Numbered from the stretch's first letter, positions 12,522-25,479 are shown. The stretch is 35,940 nt of DNA from Octopus bimaculoides (GCF_001194135.2 NC_069007.1:394308-430247), one strand, 5' to 3'. Notes: generated from the sequence alone by a model not told the origin. Program-made: numbers and translations.

Positions 12522-12797
12522 GTGTGTGATAGAGACAAAAAGAGAGAGGCAGTGATTGATAAAGAAAGACAGAGAATTTAGCGAGAAATAAAGTAGTTTT
12601 GTAGGAGGGGAAGTGACGAAGCATTGAAGAGAAAAAGAGAAAGTGAGAGTGAGTGAGAAAGAGAGAGAAAGAAAGAGAAAGAAAGAGCGAGAGAGAGTGA
12701 TTGGTAAATGTTTAATACTTGCAGACATCGAACTGCCTAGATACATTCTAACACGTCAAAATAGTGATTGCAGTATCCAAAGATTTGCCACTCACCT

Positions 12798-12834
<37 letters not shown>

Positions 12835-12976
12835 TGATAATAACAATGATAATAATAATAATAACAACAACAACAACAATAATGAATATATATAACAGTG
12901 AATATATATATATATATATATATATACGTACCTTCACACACATATACACAAATACCTACCTACCTATTTATCTACG

Positions 12977-13031
<55 letters not shown>

Positions 13032-13059
13032 TCATATATACATATATATATATACGTAC

Positions 13060-13098
<39 letters not shown>

Positions 13099-13169
13099 CA
13101 TATATATTCATATATACATATACATATATATATATACATATATATTCATATATACATATATATATATAC

Positions 13170-13252
<83 letters not shown>

Positions 13253-13290
13253 CATGTGTATAAATATATGTATATATATCAATATATAAA
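12798..13290. repeat. Compound (AAT)n followed by a long imperfect (TA)n/(TACA) microsatellite
   Basis: Direct reading. Source of the I/Y-rich ORFs. Confidence 0.93.
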
Positions 13291-16159
13291 ACGCATAGAT
13301 ACGTATAACACACACACGCGCACATATATATAGTAAGATAACGTTTTGCTGTAGGGATTGATTGGTCGTGGGGTCGAATGTGGAGATTGATAGTAAAGAA
13401 AAAACAAATGAAAACAAAGAAGCAAGAAAAAATTACAGTGTGGCGATGAGGAGGCTTTTGATGACGATGGTGGTTATGATGGTGGGTGTAATGGGGACGG
13501 TGAGTAGGATGATAAAGATGATGATGATGATGATGGCATGGAGGAGGATGATGATGATGATGATCGAACATATAAACCAAAATAAAAAGAAGTTTCAAAC
13601 TTTGCTTTATCTCATAGATACTGATGCAGCACGAAATTTTAATAAACGAATGAAAAAAACAACAAAAAAAAAACGCTGAAACGCACATACACACATATGC
13701 ACACGTACGCACGCAGAGCCACACATACATATATACACAGAGCATAGCATATACACATATAGGCATATACACATATACACAGAGCCACACATTTCCATAT
13801 ATCTAAACGAAAATGTAAATTATAGATAAAACGGATTTTGTACAATATCCATTGTTGAAGTGGTTATCATTATCTTTATTATTTCATTATTCTTATCATC
13901 ATTGTTATCATCATCATCATCATCATCGTCGTCTCATTGTTTTCCTCTTGAGAGTACATGTACTCTCACCTTCTGGGGCCTTTCTGCAGTTCTAATCTAG
14001 ACTTCATAATATTATACACCGTTTGTTTTTCTTTTCACAAGCTGTCTTGTTTGTTGTCATCGTCAATCTTAAAGAATAACTATATAACTTCCATTTGCTT
14101 TGTCCTTCTGAAGTGATTATACATCCTACCACAGGTCTCAACTCGGACTCCCTCCAGGTTTTTGTCGGACGCACGCTTATCCCCGCCCTCTTAAAAGAGA
14201 AATATCCCAATGAAATCTCGCTTTATTTATTGCCATTTATTTGGTAAACTGCTCTGGCAAAGAGTGAATCTGCTTTGTGACCCATTTCTTGCATGGTTTA
14301 TACTCGCCTAGGGTAGACCCATGTTATATTAATACAACAATGAAACAGAAGCAGTCCTTTGTTTTTAAAAGCAGATAAAATAAAGGAAAATATTGAAAAT
14401 GTTTATCGATCGAGAAAAGCATTTAAAAACATTCATTTTTTTTTCTGATCATTTTAGGTCATAAAAAATTTCATATGAACCAACAAAAGGAAATTATGGG
14501 TGAAATATGACATGAGTGACAGGGCGTCTTTCCTCGACGAACACTTTTCAAAATTAATTACTTGTATTTCATTGTGCAGCCATAATGTACTGCAAAGTAT
14601 ATCAAACGCTTAATAAGTCAATACTTTGTCCTATTGTGTTAGCAGTGTTATTAAATCACATGTTAATGTTATCTCTAGAGATTTTCTGTAAAAGTTATAG
14701 AACTCCTGAAATATGGCATATGCACCCATTACGTACTTTTCCATCTTCGATCGCATTGTTGTTGTCTTCGGATAAGAAACGTCGTAACAAATCAGTGCTT
14801 GCTATAATTTCTACAAAAATTCTGTAGAATTAACCTTAACACTTTCCAAAATAAATAAAAGAATTAAAAGACTTCTGTGTAGCGAATAACAGCGAGACTT
14901 TTGATATGCCTTCGAAGGACGAATTGACTGCAGCTCAATTTCTCGATTGCGTCTAAGCATATGGAACCGTTTGGCTAAAATTCAGGGTCGCAGGTAAGGG
15001 GCGAGGAGACAAGGAAAGTGTCTGTGTCACACGCCGACCCAAAAGCTGGTGCGAAAGTACAAAGGAAAAGGGGAAAACAAGGGTCACAGTGAGGGTTATT
15101 GGTACTGGAATTGATCCTTGGTTTGTCACGCTTGCAGCACCTTACGAGCCGGATGGAGGTCAGCTACAACATCATGTGCTCAGATAGGACTGCATGAAGA
15201 ACCCGGTCCTGCTCATACTCCATGACCATGGCTACCCGATATATGTCTATCGCTACCCGATATGTACCCTTGAATGTTATTGATGAGGAGTTCAGTCAGA
15301 CTGATGGAGCAAGACTGAATATCAAGTTAAAAGCGTTTAATAGTAAAAGTCACTTGAATCTGTAAGAACGAAAAGGAGACGAAATGTAAAAATAAATAAA
15401 AAAAAAAATGGGGGATGGCCGACAGAAGGAGAAGCAAAGACAAGAGCAGAGCTCGTGGGGGGGGGGACCATTGCTGCTACTAGAGAAGGGAGAGGGAGGG
15501 AAGAAGGAAAAGAAGGAGAGGAAAATAAAGAAGAGGGAAAATGAAAGGAAAAGATAAAATATCAATTGTATAATTCAATTGGAACCACTGACAGTTATTG
15601 CTTGGGTTGGAATCGTTCCGTCTACCCTTGGACCCGAAAGAGGAAGAGGAAATGGTAAAACCACATGGCAACAGGAGAACAAAAAAAAAAAGATTTGCTG
15701 TTAACTCGATAGAAACTAATTGTTATGAAAGGACAACGTCGTAAATGAAACATTTAATTAGCCTCGCAATAAAACATTACAGGCTAATTAAACAGTTAAT
15801 GAGGTTGACGGTGTAACATACTTGACCAAAGTATGACACTCTAGTAATCGCAGCTAAATCACTCTCAATTCATAATCCATTGCCTTGACAAAAAAAAAAA
15901 AAAATTACGATCGATGTAGACACTGATATGTGAAAGGAAAAAAAGCGATAAAGTGGGAGTCATAGTTGGGAAGTCTTTGAGCACAGGCGCCCTCACAGAG
16001 AGCATAGAACAGCGTTAAACAATAGCTAAACGCGTTATAACCGTGGCTCCAAGAAACAGAACGATGTTTGGTAATAAACAGGACAATCTGTTGCTGCTGC
16101 TGCTGCTACTGCTACTACTATAAATATTTATTTTTAAGAGACGAAAAAGGTCGGATATT

Positions 16160-16345
16160 ATAGAAGAGAGATGTCTATCCATATCAACTCCATAACACCC
16201 GGCCAGTACTTGAACCTGACTTTGAAGTTCGAACATTTTGCGAGAAATATTTGTGATTACATTCACCCCCCAAGAAAGAATTAAAAAACAAACAAACATG
16301 GGCCCCCACCCATCGAGATTTGAACTTGGAACATAAACAAACGAT
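16160..16345 (-). mobile_element. Highly degenerate SINE family A-like copy
   Basis: GTCTATCCATATCAACTCC...CAGTACTT and GAGATTTGAACTTGGAACATAAAC resemble GTCGATTATATCGACCCC...TACTT and GGAATTTGAACTCAGAACGT of the copy at 22087-22298. Confidence 0.4.
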
Positions 16346-16510
16346 TCCTGCTTTAGTAGAGTGTATTATATTTGAATTTCCCTGTCTAAGAATTTGATAG
16401 GAACGGAGCCATTCTTGGTCAGACCTTTTCTGATTTATGTCTTCTATCTCATTCCTCTCGATATTTCAGTCATTAGAAGTTATTTGACCACAGGTCAACA
16501 GTAAACCAGT

Positions 16511-16543
16511 AGACCTGTGATCAAAGGCATTCCGGCCATGACA
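16511..16543 (+). repeat. Short dispersed repeat fragment (partner of 10842-10877)
   Basis: GACCTGTGATCAAAGGCATTCCGGCCATGAC. Confidence 0.45.
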
Positions 16544-16837
16544 ATTTGGTAGATATTTTATTGGTCATAGGTGGGCTGGGATGAAAGGATAAAACCGATA
16601 TTTGAATTGAGAACCTTGATTGATGTTCAAAGTTAAATACTGTAATAGATTTAGTCCGGTGCTTTACCGTTAATACTAGAGTAGTGGTGATTATACTGAC
16701 GTAATCAAGTTTATCGTAAAGATGAAAGAAGACAGACAGACAGAGAGAAGGAGGAGAAGAAGGAGGAGAAGAAGGAAAGAGGGAAAAGAAAGGAAATGAA
16801 TAAGAAAAATAAGGGAGAAGCAGAATATAAATAGCAT

Positions 16838-16892
<55 letters not shown>

Positions 16893-17061
16893 GTGTGTGT
16901 ATCTATGTGTATGTATACATGCATATACACATAAATATATCTACTGATACACAGGCATGTACACACACGCACATATATGCATACTTATATTTGTATCTAT
17001 AAATACATACATATATATATGCATGTATACATAGATATAGATACAGTTATATATGTGTATA

Positions 17062-17102
<41 letters not shown>

Positions 17103-18673
17103 AAATGTATATGGAAATAAGTATAAATGTATGTATGTATATATATATAATTATAAGCACATTATATATGCATACGCACATCCGTATAGAGATACAAACG
17201 TATATATCCAAACATAAAAACACACACACACACACACACACACACGCATATATCCGAGAAAGCCCAGCACACAGGCAGACCTATAGACAGAGAGGAGAAC
17301 AAACAAGAGATGAAGATAAACTGAGTGTCATTGATCCTACGGGCAATATTGATGCAGCACCATCAAAAGACTCAAACGTTATTATCAGTTGTAAAAGATA
17401 ATCTGTTCTCTTTTTCATTAATTTTTATCTTGTTTTCTTTTCTTGTTTTTTTTTTTTTTAGTTTGACTTTTACTTTCACTTTCGAAACTATAAATTAATA
17501 GATAAATAAATAAAACGGTAGAAGATTAAAACACACATACATATACACAAAAATATACACACGTACACACACTAAGGGACAACTGTCTAGCTGACGGCGG
17601 TCGTAGCGGAAGTTGAGCTGGTGTTGGCGTTGTGGAAAATTGATTGGTTTAGAGAGGCACAAGGCTAATCATTTCTGGAGAAGGGAACAATCGATTAAAC
17701 CGATACTAAATTTATTAACCAGCAATGTTTCAATCATCAGAGGTTGTAGGTGTGGCGGATAGGTTGCGAAGCCAGCTTCACATCCACATGGTTTCGTGTT
17801 CTATCCTGGTCCGTTTTAGAAGTATAAAACCCCGGGTAAACCCTCGCAATTGGCTCTGTTATATTTATTGAGGTCCCTAGACTCATGAACCCTCTAGGCC
17901 ACATATCTTAAGGCAAACCTTTTTTTTTGTGCAAGTGGGTAACGGTTTACGACAATAGTTTTTACCAAAGTCACGTGTTGAGGGAAGTGTTGTCAGAGAA
18001 ATGGACGAAAGTAAACTATGCAGAAGCCTGTCTTGCTAAGCGTTCCAGGAATTGAAATGGACAGCTTTTACGACGTAGTATCTTGCTGAGGACGACGTTA
18101 CGGGTATACACACGTCTGCAGATTACTTAATCACATAAAATATAATCTAATGAGAAGACTTTTCTTTTGACCGGGCAACTGATAACTCACTGACATGGAA
18201 ATAGACGGAGGATCTAACGTATGCAAGGAAGAAGTCAGACCATGCTGTAATTCGTATCGGGAACAAAAAGACAGTGCCATTTCATGTTAAATTGTGGTGT
18301 TGTGGTTGAGACAGATGCTCTACCAATTATGGCTAGTAATACGGAGATTTGACAAACACAATGGTACGACCATTTAACCTATGAATCATTGATTAAATCG
18401 ATGCCACTTATTGATCACTATTGATTGAATCGGTCCCTGGGGTGGGGTGGGAAATGTACCTGTAAAGTACACGGGTTGATTTTATTGACGTCTTCCAGAT
18501 GTCTTGAAACAAGAATTAGAGTACCTTTAGTCAATTCTGGAACAAGTGAGATTGTATATTTATTAACTTTTTAAACTTTGAAAACAATGATACATGCCAC
18601 AAACAAATGGATTCATGTCATTTTAATGTTATTTAATTTATATTCATTTGAGAACCGCAAACAAATCTTAATG

Positions 18674-19055
18674 CAGCTTCTCTTCGACTTACGACCCTCC
18701 GCTCTTACGACCCTCCGCTCTTACGACCCTCCGCTCTTACGACCCTCCGCTCTTACGACCCTCCGCTCTTACGACCCTCCGCTCTTACGACCTTCCCCCA
18801 AATAAAAATAAATAAAATATCGGTTTTCGGACGTTGGGCAGCTGCGTGTACGATATCTGTGGCAGTATATGGCAATGGAGATCTCCCTCAGACCCAGGTA
18901 TCCACTCCCTGCTACTGTCTCTCACTCAGTCGCTTTCAAGCATCCGTTGCGTTTGAATGAAAATAATGTTGAAAAATATAAATCCGACATACGACCATAT
19001 GGACTTACGACCTGTCAGTCGAAACGTAATTCGGTCGTAAGTTGAGGAGAGGGTG
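18674..19055. mobile_element. Non-autonomous DNA transposon (MITE), pogo/Tigger-like (Tc1/mariner superfamily)
   Basis: Terminal inverted repeats: left CAGCTTCTCTTCGACTTACGACC, right reverse complement CACCCTCTCCTCAACTTACGACC (19 of 23 match). Flanked by TA on the right (19056-19057) and TG on the left. Extra subterminal (A/T)TACGACC motifs near 18990-19012. The TCGACTTACGACC-type TIR is recalled from pogo/Tigger elements. Confidence 0.75.
18688..18792. repeat. 16-bp tandem repeat (CTTACGACCCTCCGCT) x6 plus a partial copy
   Basis: Six identical units starting at 18688, 18704, 18720, 18736, 18752 and 18768, then CTTACGACC at 18784-18792. Confidence 0.97.
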
Positions 19056-19443
19056 TACTTGGAACAATTTAAGGGTGAATGAAGGTGTCAAACCTGACGC
19101 CCATTGTATTAGATTGGAGAACAACGATTCCAGCTTTCGTCGTCGTCGTCATCAACAACAACAACAACAACGATAACTGCGAGTCAACAATAAATCGTGA
19201 GATGAAACTTCAGAATTCTTCTTCCTTTAAGATTCTGGTTAAAGAAAGCATTAGAGTCTTAAGAGTCACAGAATTCTATGCGAAAACCGAGGAATACTTC
19301 TGTGGGGATTGAACACGTTGAAGGCAGTGTTGGGTATCTATCTCGTAGTTGCAAAACTTCAAATTGCAACTGTCTCCGTTTTGCAGTTAAGACCGTGCTA
19401 CACGATGACCAAAGAGAAATTAAAGAGGAGAGCAGCAAGCGGG

Positions 19444-19604
19444 NNNNNNNNNNNNNNNNNNNNNNNNNNNNNNNNNNNNNNNNNNNNNNNNNNNNNNNNN
19501 NNNNNNNNNNNNNNNNNNNNNNNNNNNNNNNNNNNNNNNNNNNNNNNNNNNNNNNNNNNNNNNNNNNNNNNNNNNNNNNNNNNNNNNNNNNNNNNNNNNN
19601 NNNN
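19444..19604. other. Assembly gap (N run)
   Basis: 161 N, followed by (CA)n. Confidence 1.
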
Positions 19605-19664
<60 letters not shown>

Positions 19665-20456
19665 GAAATGTAGAGATACAGATAAGAATAGAGTGAGAAT
19701 AGAGTGCCTCATTTTATCTCTCTCCTCATTTCACACACACACACACTCTCTCTCTCCCCCCACCTCTTGCAATCCCTCAATTCCTTAAATCTAGCATCAC
19801 TCTCTCACTTGTTCTGTCTCACTTGTTCTCTCTCTCACTCACTTTCTCACTCTCTCTTTCTCTCTCGTCTACACACTTTTTTAAGAACTCCCTTTAACTA
19901 CGACTATCTCATTCTTTTTTCTTCAACTCTCCATAAATAACCTTTCTCTCACCCATCTTACTATCGTATACTACTCCCCGTCTCTCTATCATGTCTCTCT
20001 CTCTCTCTCTCTGTCTCACTCCAAGTTTCTGTCTGTTTGTCTGTTTCTCTCTCTCGTGTCGCCGTCTATCATGAAAAGAAAATATACAGGAAATAGATAA
20101 CTGACACTTATATGAAATGAAATTTTAGCAGACACCAGAGGAAAGATTCTGGCTATAAATGCTGAAACGATATCAAATATTTATAACTCCTTTCTCCGCT
20201 TTTCTCATTTGAATGACGTTAAGTAGAAGAATCCTCTCTGATCTCGCTCCGCATGTGTGAGAGTTGTGTGGTGGCATTGGAGCGGGGGGAGAGAGCCGCC
20301 GTGGCGAAGCGTTGGGACGGTGGGTCGCTGGTGCCGCAGTGTTGCGCTTCTGCTATGGTTGTGAAACCGTGTTCCGTTATATGTACACATTTCCCTTCAT
20401 TTACACACACACACACACGTGTATATATTCTCAGACACCACACACGCACACAGACA

Positions 20457-20488
<32 letters not shown>

Positions 20489-20632
20489 CATATTTATGAA
20501 TATATATATATATACACATACATTCATATATATCTATACATATATGCATATATATGTATACATACATGCATATATATGTATACATACATATATATATACA
20601 TATATATATGTGTGTGTGTGTGTGTATGAGTT

Positions 20633-20678
<46 letters not shown>

Positions 20679-21290
20679 TATGAAGTAATTTGTATGCATG
20701 TTTATGGACTTCTATATGTATATATACATGCATTGATATACACTATACATAGACATGCATATATATACACACACCTATACACAAATATCTATATTGTGTA
20801 TATGTGTATTTACCGACACTTTCATGGCGCAGTGGTATCGTCCTCTCATCATAATGTCCACACAAATATACACGCAGGATATAATATTCACTTTATATTT
20901 CTTTTTATCACCACGGCCAGTACCACCACCACCACCATCATTTCCCCCTCCTCCACCTGAGCGTCTCCCACCCACCCCACCAGTATATACATTATTGATC
21001 TCCAACATTGGCGCAAGACTATATGCTATATATTATTCACTATCGAAGTCTTGCGTCAATTTGTACGTTTACAATACTGTTGCAAATATTCCATTCCATT
21101 TCACTCGACATTCGTTTTTTTTTCTTTCGACAAATCAATTGATATTCTCGTATTCTAACTCCGACGCATGATACGATTCTAAAATGCTTCGACGTACCTA
21201 ACTTTTTTTTAGGATTTTCATATACGTACATAGAAACATACATACGTGTATACACACACACATATGTATCTACATATATAGATTAGGTGA

Positions 21291-21333
<43 letters not shown>

Positions 21334-21344
21334 ATATTCGTGAT

Positions 21345-21674
21345 TTGTGGTACTCCGTCGGTTTCGACGACGAGGGTTCCAGTTGATCCGATAAACAGAA
21401 CAGCCTACTCGTGTACCCTTAACGTAGCTCTCGGGGAGATTCAGCGTGACACAGAGTGTGACAAAGCTGGCCCCTTGAAATACAGGTACAATAGAAACAG
21501 AAAGAAAGAGAGAAAGTTGTGGTGAAAGAGTAGAGCAGGTTTCGCTACCACCCTCTGCCGGAGCCTCGTGGAGCTTTAGGTGTTTTCGCTGAATAAACAC
21601 TCACAACGCCCGGTCTTGGAATCGAAACCGCGATCCTACGACCGCGAGTCGGCTGCTCTAACCACTGGGCCATT
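21345..21674 (-). mobile_element. tRNA-derived SINE, family C (cephalopod type, possibly Ceph-domain-related)
   Basis: Minus-strand head TGGCCCAGTGGTTAGAGCAGCCGACTCGCGGTCGTAGGATCGCGGTTTCGATTCC has clear A and B boxes and a tRNA-like layout. The 3' body CCAGCTTTGTCACACTCTGTGTCACGCTGAATCTCCCCGAG...GGAACCCTCGTCGTCG resembles cephalopod SINE bodies as I recall them. Confidence 0.85.
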
Positions 21675-22086
21675 TCTGTACATACACATATATGTATATA
21701 CATATAAATATATGGATTTATACACACACATATGTATGTAATATATAATTATGTGTGTGTTTGCGCGTTTGTGTGTGCATGTGTGTTTGCGATTTTAAAC
21801 GCAAACCATTGGCGCAAAATGTAATCTGCAATCTTTCATCTGGAATAGCTTCTCAGCACTCACTAATAACCTAATATTGGAATATTAGAGTGTCAAAAAT
21901 AGGCTCAGTTCGAAATGTATGTGACAAGCAGAGAAAATGTAATGAAGTTTTCACATTAGTAAAAGCATTAAAGGGATACGAACTATAATTAGTGTGATGG
22001 TCGATTTTGGAGATATCTCGACTGGACAACGCTTCTGAAGTGCCAATTCACACATCACCTATACGTTCACATACCGGAAAATCCTA

Positions 22087-22298
22087 TCTATGATAGAAAG
22101 AAGGCCTGAAATTTGAGAAAGGGAGCCCAGTCGATTATATCGACCCCTGCACTTATCTGATACTTAATTTATCGACCCCGAAAGGATGAAAGGCAAAGTC
22201 GACCTCGGTGGAATTTGAACTCAGAACGTGGCGGCAGACAAAATTCTGCTAAGCATTTCGCCTGGCGTACTAACGATTCTAGTAGTTCGCTGCCTTAG
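22087..22298 (-). mobile_element. Full-length SINE, family A, with target-site duplication
   Basis: Body colinear with 6021-6234. Flanked by ATACCGGAAAATC at 22071-22083 and 22299-22311 (13 bp exact, 16 bp with one mismatch). Confidence 0.92.
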
Positions 22299-22432
22299 AT
22301 ACCGGAAAATCTTACCACTCCTGTTGCTATTCTACATTACAGGCTACAAACCAAACTGCCCTACCCGAAATACACTTGTTTACTCTGCAAGGTAGCCTAC
22401 GACGGGGTCATTCCCTCAAGATATATATAGTA

Positions 22433-22992
22433 CAGCCTGTTCAAAAAAGTCTCCCCGCAGTAAGTATTGCAGAATAAATATTTTATTAGATGGTATAAGA
22501 CTACAAAAGAATATATTAGACTTTACAAGACTTTAAAAAAACTTTATAAGAGGTGTTGAAATTGTCGTCCTTCGTTTTCAATACCTAAGTTGACTCTTCT
22601 ACACATGTTCTGAAATACATCCTGAGGAGTCTGACGCAGTTTATCAGAAATACTGGAGAGTGTTTCGTGTAAAAGAACAATAGACCTACTTTTTCTTGCT
22701 GCGTCTTTCGCTGAGCCTGTATTTCTAAATTTTCTTATCAAATCCCACGCACAATTTCACAATGTGGAACAACAGTATTTGGAAAAGTTTCACTGAACTT
22801 CTGTTTCACATTATATGTGTATTTGTTTCCAGCCCGAAACACCCATTCAACTAAAAACGTACGTTCTTCAATGGTCAGCATGTCACCAAGCTGAAGGGTA
22901 CACAATGACTGAGGGAAGATGGATGAGACACGCAGTGGTAGCCAAGTCACGCATGCGCTGGATGAAAAAATATCACTGCGGAGAATACCTTG
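22433..22992 (-). mobile_element. Internally deleted Tc1/mariner DNA transposon
   Basis: TA followed by TIR CAGCCTGTTCAAAAAAGTCTCCCCGCAGT (22433-22461). Degraded partner ACTGCGGAG-AATACCTTG then TA (22975-22994). Encloses transposase N- and C-terminal remnants. Confidence 0.8.
22544..22881 (-). pseudogene. Tc1/mariner transposase remnant (DUF4817-like N-terminal HTH joined to C-terminal tail; DDE domain missing)
   Basis: MLTIEERTFLVEWVFRAGNKYTYNVKQKFSETFPNTVVPHCEIVRG, then a frameshift near 22741, then LIRKFRNTGSAKDAARKSR...DKLRQTP joined to QDVFQNMCRRVNLGIENEGRQFQHLL*. The KF..TGSV.D and C...G..F.HLL patterns are typical of this transposase group. Confidence 0.85.
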
Positions 22993-23447
22993 TATTTATG
23001 ATGGGGCTATTGGGCTATAATATTTCCAAAGCAAACTCTTTTTTCAATATATTTCTATAAGTTGTCTTATTCACGTCTTGCTTTTTTCTTCGCATTTTAT
23101 TATTTTTATTTGTATAAATACTTTTAACGTATTCATATAATGTTTTTCGTATATTGTATTACTTAAGTTTTAGCAGAGAATATATTTTAGGTATTGATCC
23201 GATTCTATTGATTGATTGATTGGTTTTTATAATTACGTAATTATACATTCAAATTTCTCTCATAATCTTTATAAACTTTATAAACTTGTTATTATGTTTA
23301 TTGCCATAAAATTGAAAAGTTCACCATTTTGTATAGACTTCAACCGATACAACTCTCGTTAGATAGACAACACACACATACATGTATATATACACACATA
23401 TATATTAAGAAAAAAGGAGGCAGTCCGAATTTGGGTAACACACACAC

Positions 23448-23488
<41 letters not shown>

Positions 23489-24980
23489 AAAAAGGAGGTA
23501 CTCAAGATTTGGATAAAAACTATTTATTTACCGTTTTTTCCCCTTTGAGTGATTCATCACGAATCATTTTTCTATAAAAATTCATACCTATTAAATATGA
23601 AAAATATCTGGAGCGGAATTTTTTTTTTTTAGTTTTGGAAAACGATGTTTTGGGCGTGGTTGTGATAGTCAGTGTTAGTTATAATTTCTGTGTGTGTGTA
23701 TATATGTGTGTATATATGTGTATATATGTGTATATATGTGTGCATATATGTGTGTGCATACACACACTCACACGCATGCACGTGCTCTATTTTACTGATT
23801 TCTCTCATTCGAAATCGAGTATGTTGAGTAATTAACTTCAGCTTTGTTTTTTGTTTTGTTTTATCAACCCATATCTAATGGAAAAGTCACCTTTTTAAGG
23901 TTAAGGGACATAGCACCTCACAACTTGTTGCTCTCATATAAACAGACACATTTACAAACGATGTATTATGCATACATATATGCCTACAAAACCATCCACC
24001 CACCTACCCACACATATTCACATGCATTCAGAAATACACGCGTGCACACGTATATATATATATATATATATATGTAGTCGTCATTATTTTACCGGCCTCA
24101 TTGAGGAAGGGAGCAGATCAAACCCAAAATGAAACTAGTTTAATTTACAAAACAAATGACATTTAATGGTGATTGGATACGATTCTGCCTGTGGCGGCAT
24201 ATTTTGTATTGGATTTCAAGAGACCGCGATTGTCTCTTACAAATATAGTTTCTCTTCTCGCGATGTTTTCAAAGAAGTTGGTTTGTGGATGGGAATCAGG
24301 TTTCCTGTAGATTCTCACCTTTTATAAACGTCAACACCTTTTTATAAATTTCAATTTTTGTTCTCACGTTGTTATATGGCTAACTGTGAAACCACTAATA
24401 ACAGCTAAGTTGTTCTCTGACTGATTGGAACAAAATCAATCGGAGTGGTTTCTCAAGAACACTCTCTCCTTAGGTGGTTGGTAGAGTTGCTAGAAATAGC
24501 AGCTCATATATATCACATGCTATTATCTTGCAAACGAAAATGACACGTCGCATAATATTTTTGTTTCAATCACATTCAGCTGCGTTTGTTATGAACTCGA
24601 TCGTGGGGACAGAATTAGTGCTAAGATAAATGACAATTACAAAAAAAAAAACAACAACAACAACGAAGATAATGAAAGAATCTCTACGAAGTCGGTTCTC
24701 TTGAAGCCTTAACATCTTGCAAAGAATTGAAAGAACATTAATCAGAAGGACAAGAACAACAACTACAAAGCGCCATAAGAACATCGCAAACGCCAAACGA
24801 TGAGAAAGGTCATTATTTAGTTCAGCAGCAAATGGTGCTGACGCGTTGGTGTGCAAGCGCCAAATACGTCAGTTTCTTTTTGGTAACTCCCAGAGTCACA
24901 TGCGCTGCCGTCACGTGTGGTGTGTGTGCGTCTCTCGATCTGTGCGATTACTATTTTAATTATCTTCATTTTGTTAGATT

Positions 24981-25479
24981 ATGAATAGCAGAGGCTGTTG
25001 GAGTCACCCAGACCAACTTTTGTTGTGTCTGTGGGAAATTTACTCCGTGTGACCAGCAGAAGAACATTGCAACCAAATTAAAAATTGCTTATAAATATTA
25101 TTTCGCGTGTAAATTTGGGGACCAAGACAAGAGGTGGGTCCCTCATATATGCTGCACTGTGTTACTCATAGCTTACACAGTGGCTGAATGGCAAACGGAA
25201 TGGAATGCCGTTTGATGCATCAATGGTATGGCGTGAGCCAACCAATTATGTCTCTGTTTCTTTTGCATGACTAATATTAGTGGTTTCTCAAACAAAACCA
25301 ATGCAAAAATTGTGTAAGCAGATTGTAAGTCGGCTATAAAGCCGGTCCCACATAACTTCGAGAGACCTGTCCCAGTTCTCCTCTCACATGATTCACTTAA
25401 AGACCTCGATGAACCTTTTGATTCTCCTATCGACGAAGAGCACGTAGTTGATTCTAAGAAAAATGAGCTGAACATATAA
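24981..25479 (+). pseudogene. Transposase N-terminal Cys-rich domain pseudogene (Chapaev3-like)
   Basis: Manual translation across frameshifts and stops: MNSRGCWSHPD/NFCCVCGKFTPCDQQKNIATKLKIAYKYYFACKFGDQDKRWVPHICCTV/YS*LTQWLNGKRNGMPFDASMVWREPTNYVS/CFFCMTNISGFSNKTNAKIV*ADCKSAIKPVPH. It contains the GDQDKxWxPHxCC and WREPxNHxxDCxFC motifs. Not visible in the supplied ORF track. Confidence 0.88.

Noticed and set aside
17660-18020. Faint family A-like (17664-17720) and family B-like (17740-18020) traces
   Set aside because: Too degenerate to delimit or call with useful confidence.
18688-18792. CRISPR-like appearance of the 16-bp repeat
   Set aside because: Units are directly adjacent with no spacers, and the context is a eukaryotic MITE.
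21600-21674. Possible tRNA gene on the minus strand
   Set aside because: The anticodon and acceptor stems do not pair properly and the sequence continues into a SINE body, so it is a SINE head.
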